This document shows positions 15,301 to 29,450 of a stretch of DNA of 64,000 nt, one piece after another; position 1 is the first letter of the stretch; every line of letters starts with the position of its first letter. The translations under genes and the position numbers were made by a program. The DNA comes from Balanoglossus misakiensis (Eukaryota; Animalia; Hemichordata). The notes below the pieces were generated by a model. That model was not told the DNA's origin. It was given only the letters and a program-made list of their open reading frames with translations, and searched no databases. The stretch is taken from NCBI GenBank assembly GCA_040954595.2, contig CM082587.2:5072206-5136205 (forward strand), in the 5' to 3' direction.

Positions 15301-18300
15301 GCAATGTTACTTGGAGACCTGCAGAGGGCAACTCAATATTTGCTGGTGCTGTATGGCCAAAGTCATTGATAGCAAGAGATTTGAAACGCGTATTTTGTAG
15401 ACTCAACGCGAGGAAAGCCCCGACAGTGTCCTGTAAGTCACGGTAAATGTAAATAAGGATAATGGAAGTTTTTTTTAATCTTGTTCATAAAATGGAATAA
15501 TTTTTCAATGCTTTTAATGTGCCCACTGAGAAAAGTGATCGCATTTAGTCGGTAAATGTTTTCACCCGAAGAAGACCCTGTAAAATTATGGAGTCACTCT
15601 TACTCCCCGTCGATCTGCGCGTCTTGTTGCTTTATCTGTGAGGTTAATTTCGCCGTACCGCCTGTAAATGACGTGGCTATACACATAGAAATTCTACTTT
15701 TAATGCACTGGGAATAATTGTGCTTCTTCTGGTGAGAGAAACCCCGCGGTCTCGGTGATGCGATGGACCAACTGCATCAGCTGGATGCGTTGTGTGTTTT
15801 GACGTTCTGCGAAGAAAATGTCAGAATGGCGAGCGATGCACGCAACACGGTTAACGAATATGATCGGGGATGTGATCGAAACGCTGAACATTTAATTGCG
15901 ATGGAGACCGGATGATGAAGATAAAAATAGAGGGAAATTAAATAGGGGGAAACAGAAATTTAAGTCAATGACAGGCACGTAAGGCTGGCTTAGAAAGATG
16001 TTTTCTTTTTGAGAGGCATGTCAGAGACAGGGGGAAAATCAGGGGGAAGGGGGGAGGGAGGGAGGTTCTGATTTTGAAGTAATCTTCGTGAAATTGAAGA
16101 CCTAGATTACAAATTCATGTAACTGGAATATTTGATGTAATCAGCTTAATTTTTAAATTTATTTATCGGGGTCACAGAAAATAATTCTCACTTAAACAGA
16201 CAAAGAAAATTAACAATCTCAAAAGAAAACCTATTTTCGATCTATAAATGACGTATTTTTTATCGCTGAGCCAAACGATGAAATTAGGGATTAATATTGA
16301 ATGTTATGCTATATTAGGGTAAATAAGTTGACGCAGAGGTACAAGACGCCACGAGTTTGCATCGAATGAAAGATACACTCACGTGCGAACTGCCGCGGCG
16401 ATATGATTGTATGCAGCCCCCTGTTGTTCTACAAACGACGTTTAAAGGGACTTGAATTGGTCGCAGTGGGAAGTGCTGATCGGGACAAATTGGCGTGTAT
16501 ATTATCAGCCAAAGTGCGTTTAGATAAGCGACCCGAATTACTTTAAAAGTTAATTTTCGTTCCGGCGAGATCCACTCCCATCAAGTCGTTTGCCGCGTTT
16601 TTTCTCCAGGGGTGGTCGAATTTCGGAAAGCGTCTCTCTAATATTTTGACAGCGTTGGATCGAAATCTGCGAGTTTTCTAGGGCGCGTGTAATGGACGGG
16701 AATTCATATCACATCTCTTAAATCTTCACTTTGATTTTTGACATATCTTGAAGTTCATTTTCTATCACCGTGACTGAATTACGTTCAGTTTTGTCCCGGA
16801 CGTCAAACGAGGCCACCGGAATACTTCAACATTAAATTTATTCTGACTGACGATTGTCCTTTTTCGAAAATTGTAGTATATAGTTTTTGTAGATGATAAA
16901 AACACGTGCGATATACAGGGTCTGGAGGATTGTGCGAAATATGTTTACATGACCAAACGATACTCTTGAAAGAACATAATAACAGACTGGTCTGTACATT
17001 CACTCATTTACTCATTCACTCACTCTGATGATGAATATGTGACGACAGGATTTACTAAACAACCAGTATGTTTTCTAATTCCAGAAAACGGCCACAGCAG
17101 ACACAACCCGAGGACCAAGAGAGTGAGAACAACGTTCACCGAAGAACAACTACAAGTCCTGCAGGCCAATTTCAACGTAGACAGCAATCCCGACGGCCAG
17201 GACTTGGAAAGAATCGCCCAGATAACAGGGCTCAGCAAACGCGTAACCCAGGTGTGGTTCCAGAATTCGCGCGCGAGACAGAAAAAGCACAGCACGGGGA
17301 AGACGACGCCGGGACCTCTGGATAACAATAATAAAATCGGTAAGTGGAATTGGTGATTGCGCCAAATATAATTCGAAATTATGGAGGATCGAATGTACTG
17401 GTAGACGATACCGAACGCGTTGTCGTGGCGACAATGGCGAAGATGTGTTGTAAAATGATTAGTTTGCGACGCGACAATTGTAAAAGTATCCGCGTTAATC
17501 ACCGCCGTGTTAGCCTATTACGCGATGCAAATTGGATTATGCCTTACAGAAATTTGAAAGGCAAGTAGCTGCGAAAAACAACCGTCCATATTCACTTTTC
17601 GCGATATTACGCGTCAGAAGTACAGCCAAATGATACCCCTTATGAAGAAACACCCCCTCCCCTCCCATAAACAATCAAAACACGTGAAATTTAAACGTGA
17701 ACATTTTATGTTAATGATAGGAAGACGGGGCACGGTTAATTAACCAACATTTCCATCCACCATTTTCTTACAAATTTGGGACTGGCCGTGTGTCGTTAGT
17801 TTGTTCATTAGTCGCTAAACGACTGACTGCAGTCCGGCAATGTGACACACCCCATGAATATTCTATTAAAAATATTTCCAATGTGTTTCTTCATTTGCAT
17901 CTGCAAAAGAACAGGTCACTACCCTACTCGTTTGCTTTAAAATATAAAAATGTGCACATTGGGATCGGACGGCGGGAACACATGTCGTCTGCAGCGGCTG
18001 TTAACTGTCACAAATGTTGGAGCGGCACGATTCAATCCCCTTGTACTCGCCAAGCTGTCGCTTGTCAGTCTAATTACCTATTGTTTAATTTTCGTATCAT
18101 CATCCTTAGCGGGTTTTGAAACAACACTTACTTAAACGGGATTAATGTCAGCATGCATAATTATTTATTACAAAAAAATACACAGCCTGTCTCTCTACTT
18201 GCGTATCACTCTTTCTCTCAAGCAGAGTACATGTATGTATGCATGTATGCACGTATACCTCACTCACAAACTAACATAACGCGAAAAGTACTGCGAACTT

Positions 18301-20800
18301 GGCACGGATGCTAACGCATAATCTTATTGTCGCGAAGCGGAAATTAAAAAAAAATACATACCAGACCGTAAGAATGGTAATGCGTCCACCCTAATCATTA
18401 TTGGACAATTATTACAGCCGTTAAAATTAATTTTAAGACTTTATTAGTTTGGAGTGTATACAAATTAATATACGCGACTGTTTTGTGTCAACCCCATCAA
18501 ATAATTTGATCGTAGCGTGAAATTGACGCGTGCATAAAACGCTTTGAAATCATCACCCGCCCGCTATTGAAACCACCAAATTAATATCGGCAAAGCTATT
18601 GTTTTTGTAAAGGATGTAGACTCGTAGGGTGATATTACTAGCAGAGTTGTCATATTAAATTGTTCAATGGAGCCCGAGTGTGGGGACCAGCCCACGTATA
18701 GTGACATGTAATTGATTTCGCATATCACGGGGTTTCCCCCCTTTTGCGTGTGATTTTCTTTGCTCTTCGATTAATACCGATAGTAATAATGACGTGGCAT
18801 GGATCCTTGGCGTGATGTACTTGATTTTCACGGGAGACGCTGTCTTTGCGACAGATTTTTTCTATAAACGTGAATTCATATTCTGCTGCGTTATGGGGTG
18901 ATGGCCGCGTCCGCTGTCTGGCTGTATTTGGTCAAAATTTTGTGTAGAACCATCACAGCGTTTTGAGAACAGCATTTATATAGCGATCGATGAATTGCGA
19001 TGATCGATAGATTACACGGATGTTCTCATTGTCTTGATGCGTTTAGAATGATGGACATTTATACGAATACACAAACACGTCTCTTTTGACGCATACATGT
19101 ATATATACATATACTCCACGCACGCATCGTGGAGGAAAAATCGTTCAAGGAGGTGACAAGTTTCATTTTCTCCTCATGTGCCGTCGTCCTCCTCCGCGTG
19201 TGTGACAGAGCAGTGACAACCACGCTTCAACGAGTAATATCGTATTTGAATGAAAGTGTGAAAAGGGATTATTTTTGCCAATGTGAAATCGGTCTCTTTT
19301 GTTCGGGCTCTCGTTGAACTAAGATGCAATTTACACCTTCACTGAGAGTCGCGATGTTCACCAAAGTTAATAACGGCACAAATTAGTAAATTTATGAAAG
19401 TATGAAAGGAAAGTTGAGATTCTGTATATACCAATCGGTTCTTTCAAATGTCTCGCAGTTTGCTGTATATTACAGCACGTTTACTGGTGCGTGACAGCGA
19501 AACAGATCGCTGCTTTTTCGATCGCGTTGAAGATGTTTCCGTCTTGTAAAACTGGGGGTGTACGAGTGTGTGCGGCCATGGTTCGTCAGTGATACAAGTG
19601 TCGCTCATCAAACCTGTGAGGCCAGATAAACTGTCCACTCAACGTTTATTGTTTGTTATCTCTCTGAATTTGTCACCTGGGATTGCACCTCAGAACATGT
19701 CATCCTAAAACCTAAAACGATGATTTGCAGTGTACGTTTACTCAAAGAAAGCTTTCCATCACGAATACACGAATCGTCACGTATTATAAACATTCATTGA
19801 CGGGGAAATAGAACTGAATAAGCTCAGCGATCTCCGGAATGGATAATGTTGTGAGACGATTTCCCCATGTACAAATCGAAATTATTTCAGAGATTACAAA
19901 TTTCAGCGACAAGGATCGGTTTGCACTGCGTTATTCGCCGTCTGCAAGACAAGACGGCGATAACCCGTGGGTGTACACATTTGGCGCGTAAACTTCCCAA
20001 CGACTCTGTTTGCTCCGTCAGCTACTTAGAGTCGTTTTTCGTGGACTATTACACGTAATCAAGCCCTTGGATATTATCATAAACGACGGAAAACGGGTAC
20101 AAGAGAGCGAAAGTAAATGATTCCACCTGGGTGGTTATTGGGTTTGATTGACCAACATCATCATTATCGTCACAGCATCCCTCGAGATAGGTTGAAAAAG
20201 ACGCCGGCGCGCGGTTCTGGTACCGCGGCCGGGAGTTATGCGTTCTGTGACGCGGAAAAGAAAGTTGTACCTCGACGGGAAAAAAATTACTGTGAAATTG
20301 AGCGAAGAAATATACACGACTCAATGACGCGATCAAGATTTCATTTCGGGGATCAGGCGGCGACATCTCGCGTTAAATTTTAAAATCCTCTCACAATAAA
20401 ATCGTGATTTATCAAACGTGTTTGCGCTATTTTAAATGTGACAAAGTCGAAACGTACACGTGAACTCTCGATTATTTGTTTCATGCTGAAAATCTAATTC
20501 TGTTATGATCTTTCAATTTGACTACTTTTGAATTACTGTTAAAAGGAAAATACAATGTATATGCAAGACTACACAGGGCCGCGACTGAACAAAACTCAGT
20601 TCGGCGTTCCACCCGGAGATTAATCCTGAGGTAACATAGTCAATTAATATCGTCAATTCTGTTCCCTTCCAGGATATACAGACCACTCATCACCCGAGAT
20701 AATGAAGTCCCCCTCAAACTCGCCTTGCCACAAGTGTGGCCTTCACTACTGCATGTGTTTGGACGTGACAGCGCCACCAAACGGCACTTGCGCGTCATGA
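6353..20800 (+). CDS. Awh: LIM-homeobox transcription factor of the Arrowhead/Lhx6/8 family, ~309 aa, 5 coding exons
   Basis: Exons 6353-6493, 7183-7361 (LIM1 CIGC..HVRCLQCCVC..CKMD), 13630-13856 (LIM2 CAHC..HLACFACDNC..CKTH), 17085-17339 (homeodomain KRVRTTFTEEQLQVLQANFNVDSNPDGQDLERIAQITGLSKRVTQVWFQNSRARQKK) and 20673-20800 (to TGA). All introns GT-AG, phases 0,2,1,1 consistent, total 930 nt. Start codon (6353 vs 6443) and last exon are less certain. Confidence 0.93.
10920..11060. repeat. GA-rich purine low-complexity tract in Awh intron 2
   Basis: agagagagag/gggagag runs. Confidence 0.7.
13517..13588. repeat. (CCA/CCG)n trinucleotide microsatellite ~40 nt upstream of the LIM2 exon
   Basis: About 24 tandem cca/ccg units. 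Confidence 0.9.
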
Positions 20801-20813
20801 ACCGAGAGAAAAA

Positions 20814-20838
20814 ACAACAACAACAACAACAACAACAA
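20814..20838. repeat. (CAA)n microsatellite at the start of the Awh 3' UTR
   Basis: caacaacaa... directly after the stop codon. Confidence 0.8.
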
Positions 20839-21966
20839 CCAACAGAATAACGGTTTTGAACTCTGGAAGAAAATTGGGACATCATTCTTCTTTTGAAGAA
20901 CAGGACTACTGACTGGTTGAAGAAGGGTCTACTACGTGTCTGTGCTTGTGCGAATCATTCACAAACTTTGACTGTATGGAACTGTGGCGAAAGACCCCAA
21001 GTGACCATTGTTACTCTGAACAGAGACAATTTAAGGAGATGAGATTGACATGATGACTTTATGTATATTAATGTAAATTATTTTAATATATAAGATATTG
21101 ATTATTTATTGACAGAAAAGCCCACCTTGTTGGCTTATATTTGACGCACGCGCAGTTATCACGACGCGCGGATAACACGTGTAAAAGTTTAAGTCTGTTA
21201 TTGTTGTTGGCTCGATTTAAAACGTCTGAAATATAACTCATCGAGAAGAGTCGTTTGAGTATGTGAGGCAATACAGAACAGGGAATCGCCTACTGTACGG
21301 TGGCAGTCGGCTAGGAACGCTGTACTCTCAATGATGCGCCTGTGGTTTTGGAGTTTGGGTGATTCAGACTTAACGATAGTTTGAGCGTTCACTGGCTGCA
21401 CGCTGGTCACGCTGTCACGTGCAACCAAGTGATTCGTGAACAAATCGGTCAAGTGAATTGGAAGCAGATTATAGTTAGGTCCCGCATGAAAGACCGTCAC
21501 TCATTTCTGGTTCCGAGTCCACAGTGATGACCGGCTGCCACCCAAAACGTGCATTCTGGGCGACAAAATCATCAAGTTCACGACCGTTCTGCGTTACAAC
21601 TTACTTAAAGAGACGGCCACTACCTTGTTCAACTCATTTCACAAGAACTGCCAGACCACTGTCACACTTACCTGTGCTATGTGTTGTTTTGTAAAGCCAG
21701 TGATGTTTTACCTGTGAGTGTTCTTTCCTATGGCGGCGTCTGTGGTGAGAGAGAAAGAGAGAGAGAGAGTTTTTACGCTTGCCCATTTGTTTATGTGTGC
21801 TTGTTAGAAAGTTATTCGTTACATTGTCTTGTATGGTTTTAATTTGTGTACATGTCAAGCTGATAATATAAAGTTGTGCAATATTTGATAACAAAGCCGC
21901 GCGTGCGCTGTGGTGAATGTCTAGCTGTTTTTTTTGAAAACTTGTCAATGTCGGTCTGGAATTTTC

Positions 21967-21986
21967 AATAAACGTCTAAAAATAAA
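21967..21986 (+). terminator. Probable polyadenylation signals of Awh (two AATAAA)
   Basis: caataaac...aaataaa about 1.2 kb after the stop, following an AT/GT-rich 3' UTR-like region. Confidence 0.45.
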
Positions 21987-24900
21987 TGCCTATGGAGTCA
22001 TAATTATTGTTTGTGTTTGATAACTTCTTCCTGGCTGAAGTGATTGTGATTGTCTGAGAAAGACCGAACGTCTATCTTGGAATTGGTCAAGGTACATCAA
22101 TGACGAACACAGCCCGTCTTTGCGGGTGACAGAGCCTAATTTGAATGCATTCCTTTCGTAGTAAGACCGTATATACATAGCATCTATTTCGTTTCATGTT
22201 CCCGGGCAAATCCCTGTTTATTAAGGTAAAAGTAGGAAACGATCTAACAACACAGTTTATTTCTAGAGAGAAAAAAATACGGCGGACCGTTTATTCAGAC
22301 GAGCACAGCTACTGGAATTACCCAGTAAATGTTAGGTCAAAGGTCACGACAATCAGCGGTATTGTAATCTCAGCAAACCAAATTACCAACGAACAAGTCG
22401 ATAATTTGCGCAGTAAATGATCGTAGCCAAACGAAATTTGTAACAATGAGTGAGCACCCTCTTTTCGGAGTCTCTGAAGCGAATTGGGGGAATTCTCCTT
22501 CATACAGCCGTGACAACCTGGGAGAACCGACAGAACGCGAATGTCGAAAATACTAGTATATTTGCCTTGATGAGCGTCGCCATGTTGACTCGCAACAGTC
22601 TGTTCGGGGGGCCGCCGGCATTTGCCATGCCACGTGGAATTTGTACTCGTTAGGAACATTTTTCAAAATAAGAATGATTCCGACAAGCGGAGTTTACTCT
22701 AAAACGACCGGTACCAAATCTTTTTCTCGGAGTATTGAGAAAATTAACTCGGACGACATTCGCAATCAGAACTCAACGCCCGGAGGAAAATATGCCATCT
22801 CGCACTAAACTCGTTCCCCTGCTAGTTGAAACAGAACAACAAAAACTTTCAAATTTTTCCCGTTTTACAAAATGTAAGCTTTCATAAAATGAAACGATAC
22901 TTCTATGTAGCCTCCGGGAGGAATTTTCATCGTTCGGCGACACTCAAGAATAACGTGGAAAGGAAACGATTAGAAACCGAACGCTTGCGAGTCAAAACAG
23001 AGACCGGATATGCCGAAACAGTCCATGTTTGCAGAGGTAGATCTGCGAAGGTAAATGTTTCACGACGGATGAATACTTAATGGGGGCGAATGTGAAGAGA
23101 TGTGAGGTCAGAGTTATATCCGACACGGCTCTCAGTCTTTCGGTTGGCAAGAAAAGAATTTGAAGAAAACAAATATAAGTCGTTCCAAAATGCATCGCGG
23201 GATATTTAGAACGCGCCATGATGCGTTCGTGCACAGTCCCTCTGTCCACCCGAGGCATAAGGCGAGGAAAGGAATTTCATTCACATGCAGGGGACCGAAC
23301 GATGATGACCAGGAAGGGTGTCTTTTGAAAAGCACGTGTGCACAAACTTGTCGATCAGCTTCCATTCCACAGGAAATGACAAACTCGACGTCTACGCAAA
23401 GATTTCAAAATGGTGTCAGATCCACCCAACCTAACACTGAACGGACCACACAAACTAATTAGCATTAACACCTGTTTGCCACCGCTGTTAATTAAAGTCA
23501 TTAGAAAGTGTCATCGCTAAGTGGTGTACTTTGTCTCTGTAAATGTGAACTACGCTTTGCAACTTATATAGTCCCAAGAAAACAAGCAGGAATTTCGGCC
23601 GTTCTAGCTGTTTGTATGATCTCAGTGCAAACCAGATTAAAACTTCGAAGCATTGGAGTTTTGGTATACTAGTACACCCCGCATGTGGCGTTCGGATTTA
23701 GCTACGCCCTTAGTATACATGTAGTTGCAAATACATGTAGATTATTCTGTGATGTTTCTCACGAGATAAATCGATGTGACGCTATATTTTCATGCCAAAA
23801 CACCTCCACGTCAAGTGTGAACGGGTACCGCATTTGCTGCGGAGTTAACGCTCTAACACTGGTGTTGTCTACAAGACCTTTTTTTATTTCTAAAAAAAAA
23901 GAAAACCTTTTTCGAGGAGTTTATGCATAACGCGGGGGATTATCACATCAATGTCGGAAAACAAAAGTGTCCGTTGACACCTCGGAGGGCCGAGTTGCCG
24001 GCTGAAAAGGGATGACAGGGCTGCGGCGCCGGAGAGACTGGCGGGATATTGAGAGGATGTTACCTTCCTGCTGGGGAATGTCGCTGTCAATGTCAGCATT
24101 CCCAGGACCAAGAGAAAAGGGGGGTAGATGTGTCCTCAATGCGTTCGCCACTACACACGGCGGTATAGTGCCGCTTCCATTGTTAGTATTTGCAGCTTGT
24201 TTTGTGTAGAAAAAACACAAACAGTTGCCGGATCGACTTATTGGCTCAAGTGAAAGTATGAATGAATGAATCAAAGGAATTGACGCGGTATTTTTGAGCT
24301 GGTCCATGTCATGCAGTGCGCGCACTAAACGTATGTTCTTTTATAACCGCGCTGCATTAAATATTTCGCTTTCTTGCAACAGCAAGCTAACACGTTGTTA
24401 AACACCGTCACATTGAAGGTAAAACCATAGACTACTGTCTATGGTCAAACCTTGCTCACACCACATGGCGGACTGCATTTACTTCCCCATGGAAAAGTTC
24501 CTTTATCGTGAAATTTGCCCTTTACTATAGCAATAGACAGGAACATGACAGATACTAAAATATTCCTCTTGGACTTTGTCCGAAAGCATCCCACGTGTTA
24601 CTTTGTTGTGGACAAATGAAGCCATAGGGCTAGTAGTCGGAGGTCATTGACCTCATTGCATCTGGAATCGGTCAAAACTTAAGCCTGTGCTTAAAATCTG
24701 TGAAATCATATAACCATAGACAGTCTATGATATAACCCCCACCCTAGGGACATGGTTTCTTCTAATAGGTATAGGCTGCAAGTCTTGTTATGATCCGTTA
24801 ATAACTGGCAAGAACTTATTTTTGGTGATTTTAGTGAAATTACAGTTTGCGAAGGCATCTTGGAGGCAAGCGAAGAATCCGGTCACTCCAAAATACCTGT

Positions 24901-25129
24901 TTGTCCTTCAAGTAAGATTAGAAAATGGACACTGTGACATTGTGACTCATCGATTGCGTTGGCAATCTCCGGCATGTGGTACTGAGGGGTAGATGACCCG
25001 GTGAGCCCACCCTCAGGGCGAATAGTTTTTTGAACAAAAAGCGGCAAACAGTTGAAGGCAACAACCACAGAGTACGCACGTTTTGTTTGAGAGAAAGGGT
25101 ACTTCCTGGTGTGGCCGAGAGATAAGGGT

Positions 25130-25275
25130 AGATAGAGGGAGTCTGATAGAGGGAGGAGAGAGAGAGGAGGATGGAGTGAGAGGGGGAATGAGAGAGAGAG
25201 GGAGAGCGAGATAGACATATAGAGGGAAAGAGAGATGAGAGAGAGAGGGGGGAGAGGAGAGAGAGAGACAGAGAG
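25130..25275. repeat. GA-rich low-complexity/(GA)n tract
   Basis: gagagagagagg repeats; source of several spurious Ser/Leu ORFs. Confidence 0.8.
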
Positions 25276-28072
25276 ATCGCAAATATCAGCAAGGTCATAT
25301 TTAGAATGTGAAATAACAGCCCCCCCCCCCCCCGACGGGTACTGTGCAAAGGTTAAAAACTATATAAACAATGCGTTTTTACCTTTTTACCAGCAAGTTG
25401 TATGTTCATTCAATGACACCAATCCAATCAAACCCGTGCCTGTCTTGCATTTCAAAAAGACCCCGCAACTTAAATACCGCGACTACTAAATATAACGAGA
25501 CACGATTTCCCAATAGCTGTGTAATTATTTAAATAGCGGTATTTTGCGAATTCATCAAAACTTGCATGTGGTCCGTCCGAGTTACACCGCTTTAATATGG
25601 CGTTGCTAAATATTACATACGTGCTAATGTTTACCACGAATTATATTTCTTCAATTTCAAACGTGTACAAAACAGTATAACGGAAGTGTTTGTCCAATGT
25701 CTTCGACTTAGATTGACTGGCGATGACTTGAGATACTGGAAGTCAGGAAACGGTGCTGAGAGAGGAGGCCTCTGTGACGACATTTCCGCGTGCTGTCAAC
25801 TTTTATTATCGTCGTCGACAAGTAGCATTTTTTGCAAAGCTTCCGCAGTGCCATCATTTTGTCTCCAGTCATAGTGAGCTTCCCAGTCGAGAAAGCACGA
25901 GATGATGAAGACACCACGCCCGGAACAAACAAAACACTGCAGTCATCGGCGTATCGCCGCTTTCAACCAACGGAAAGAAAAACGGTCGCAAATTGCGGCC
26001 AATTACGCGGAGAAAAACGGTTTTGCCTTTGATTATATACCGAGCCAGCGTTCTCCTATCTGTTCGCCGGATAACCCCAATGAATTCGGCTAATTACGCG
26101 ATTTCTGTTGGCATTGTGGGCCGCCTAAACAGAGCCCCACCTATCAAACGATTATACAAGCTCCACTGTTGGCACTGTAATTTGCGTCGCCGTAGGAAAC
26201 ATGCAAAATTGTTCATTTCCTGGTATTGTTGATTCCCCATGCATATCGGTCTAATCTATTAATATTTCACCGCAGCGAAAACACACAGAATGTCAGCCTC
26301 ATTTAGCAAAATAGTCCGGCACTGAATTTATCGCGCAATAACGAGGCTTTCTGCGTGTGATCACTAAACTGTGACACGGAATATGGCACTATCATTTTCC
26401 ATTTTTCCTGTCTCAGTTTCACCTTCTTTCTCTCTCTGGCCTAGGTCGGCTCACATAGAGAGGGGGGGATTGTTTCATGGGAGGATTTTGCGCTCAATTT
26501 CGAACAAAAGTCATCCTCATCTCTTGTGTTCTCTCCGTTGCCAAGTGAACGAAAGGAATGAACAATGTCTTGTTACCATGGTTTGGATACATTGCAACGG
26601 TGTCGGTATATAAAATGTGTTTATGGTATTTTAAAGTGAAGTTATAGGGGCGGGTGCCTCAATTTCAGGCTTTCTAGAAAGCTTTCAATTTTTGCCATAA
26701 CTTTACATCATTTTACTTCTTCGAGCTTTATGCGAGAAAGTATAGCAAATGGAGATTTGATCACACCGATATGAATATCAAAGATATATGTTTAACATAA
26801 ATCTTTGTTTTTTGACATACACTAGAAATGACGTCATAAAACGGTCTTGTGTTGCCGTTCATAATAAAATAAATCAAACTGACTTGCCTTTTCAATTAAT
26901 TATTCAATTCCGGTATCCCTGCCATCTGCATTTATGCATGTCGACTGAAGAGGGCGCAGATCTGCCTGGGCAATGTTCCCCCATCACTCGGCAAAATTTG
27001 TCCACACTGTATCAGCAATTCCATCGTTGACCAGCGTCATCTGCCCATAGCCTCAACTAGTTGACACGCGTCTTCGTTCATTTTCTAGAACAGGATGTGG
27101 GAAATCGTTAACACAGTATTACCATCAATGAAAACTTGACCTTTCCTCTAAAGATGTACGTAGCCTACACCATCCCTGCCTATTATTTTTTTGCAAATGT
27201 TAATAGTAAAGAGTTTGACAACAGAAAATCGAAAGGACAGATGATTTTAGATACTAGTATGTACATATCTATAATGATGAGTAAGGACAACAGAATCTGA
27301 ATATCCACCTTAGGCGGCGCTATTCACAATTCGGGAGAGTGATAGTGAGAGAAAGCGAGAGAGAGATTTCAGTTTGTAAAATGTATTTAATGAATATTAC
27401 TGCTTAGTTAACATTACCATTAACATTTAATGAAATTCTAAAATCGCCAATTCTACAATGAAAATTAAAGATTGTGTTTAGTCGAGCAACTATTATCCAG
27501 ACCAACGTTTTAAGAACGAAAAGTTTTATACACAAAAACTCACGGTAAGAGCAATGTCCAGAGTCCCCGAGCGGAGAGCGACGAAACCAGCGCTGACAAC
27601 CGACGAAACGACGATTTCCTGAGCCTGCACGCAGCTACGTTGGCGACTGTTCGTAGACAGGTCGACGGTGAGTGGAACAATGCCAACGTAAATGCAGGTA
27701 GGTATCCGAAGCCTGCAACCGATGACTGGTAGGCAGGTACAACGGATGAACGCACGTCCAACCTACACGGACACGAACGGAAACGGTGACTCTGTTCCTC
27801 GAAGCAACACGTGCAGTGACCAGAGGAACGCTGATGGAAAAACCGGACCCCCCAGAACTTGAAGCATTGGCCTTTTATATGTCAACAGCCGATTGGCTTA
27901 ATCGATGTCACCCAACAGATGCGGCACTTGCAACATGTTATTATCCCGCTCGGTTGCCTACTCTGACTTGTAAACACCAGGTGCCTCTACCTACAATATG
28001 TAAATTCACTGAACTGTCGTTTACCCAACCATAGACAGAGTGACCACCAAATAAATCATATCGTGACACTCT

Positions 28073-28398
28073 GCTGTGAAGCTTGCAACTCACATGTGGA
28101 TTTTGACTATATATTCTAGAGCATTCAGCTATCGTGCGTTTCCATTGGGGAAATCTTGATTGTGTTGGTGGAAAAAGTTGAATCTTATGTTCTGTAAAAA
28201 GCTGAGCCGACCAACAATTTTGAATGCAAAGACGGTACATCCTAAGGATGTAGTCCCATGCTATTATGCCCTTTACAAAACTGGTTTGTATTAATGGACA
28301 GCATTGCAAAGTTTTTCAAGATCATGCAAAGCTTAGACATTTATTCAGAATATTAACGCCGTGGGCCTCAGGTTACTCGTTGAAAATTGAACTTTGAA
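28073..28398 (+). repeat. ~330-bp dispersed repeat, copy 1 (probable non-autonomous transposon fragment)
   Basis: Aligns by eye with 31133-31460, including a long near-identical block tttacaaaactggtttgtattaatggacagcattgcaaagtttttcaagatcatgcaaagcttaga. Confidence 0.85.
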
Positions 28399-29132
28399 GC
28401 TCAATTAATGTGCGAGTCCTTCGTAAAAATCACTAAAAATGAAAAACCTTGTCAAAACACCCCTGGCATAGACTTGAACATGTTGTGAAAATTAGCCTCT
28501 CGATTCCTTTGTTCGGTTGTGAATGGGGAGCGACAACAGAACAAGTGTTGGGTCTTCTGTATAGATGGGGAACCATTTAATTTCTGGGGGTGGGTGGATG
28601 ATTTGGGGGTGGATTTACAATCGAGAAAAAAATTGTTGTAACAGTGGCTGAAAAAAAATTGCTGCTATACCGACATCTTCTACCCCCTTCAGAAATCAAA
28701 TGGTTCTCCCCTAATGGGAAGTTGGGGGATACTTGCCGATGATGGCGTGATGCGGCTCCGGGTGTCAAGGTGATCGGTTATTCACATTTATTTTCCAAAG
28801 CGCAAATTTTACAATAACAGTAATGAAACTCTGCACATACACTGACAAATTGAAAGTATTAACAATGCAATAAAAGACAAGAACCAACATGGTAAACCTA
28901 CAGAGAATAAGAAAAGTTCAGCAGTAACAAGTTCGCAAAATCATCACAGATGATGATATTTCTGCAGAAGATGTGTTTTAAACTCTACTCTTGCCTCATG
29001 GTGCAATCACGGACATCTTTTTTTTCTGAAGCCTCTTGGAGAAAAGCAATCACAATGATACTCATCAAAATTCTAAATTTAACAGGTCATATATCACATA
29101 CAGCCTTTTGCAAAGACACGCGCTAAACGATG

Positions 29133-29243
29133 CAGTACAGTACAGTACAGTACAGTACAGTACAGTACAGTACAGTACAGTACAGTACAGTACAGCACAG
29201 CACAGTACAGCACAGCACAGCACAGCACAGCACAGTACAGTAC
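29133..29243. repeat. (CAGTA)n/(CAGCA)n pentanucleotide microsatellite
   Basis: cagtacagtacagta...cagcacagca tandem. Confidence 0.95.
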
Positions 29244-29450
29244 AATAACAAACAAACAGCAGAGCTCACAGAACACAGTCCTGTGTTAGATCGATACATT
29301 TAAGGAAATGAATTGAAGTGTAACAAGTGGTGATAAAGCATATTTCAATTCAGTGAGCGGAACAAGGGAAACTACCTAAAGAAACGCAAAACATCCCATT
29401 TATTTTAACAGCTATGCGCCCGTTGTCGTTCATCTGAACGAGTGTCGTAT

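Noticed and set aside
20786-20800. C-terminal CAS* of Awh as a prenylation signal
   Set aside because: Cys is third from the end, so it is not a CaaX box
24424-24445. Hairpin accatagactactgtctatggt and similar ccatagac motifs at ~24713 and ~28029
   Set aside because: Short inverted repeat, probably the end of a common repeat element; no evidence for a structured RNA
29036-29276. ORFs with QYSTV/VLYCT repeats
   Set aside because: Pentanucleotide microsatellite artefacts
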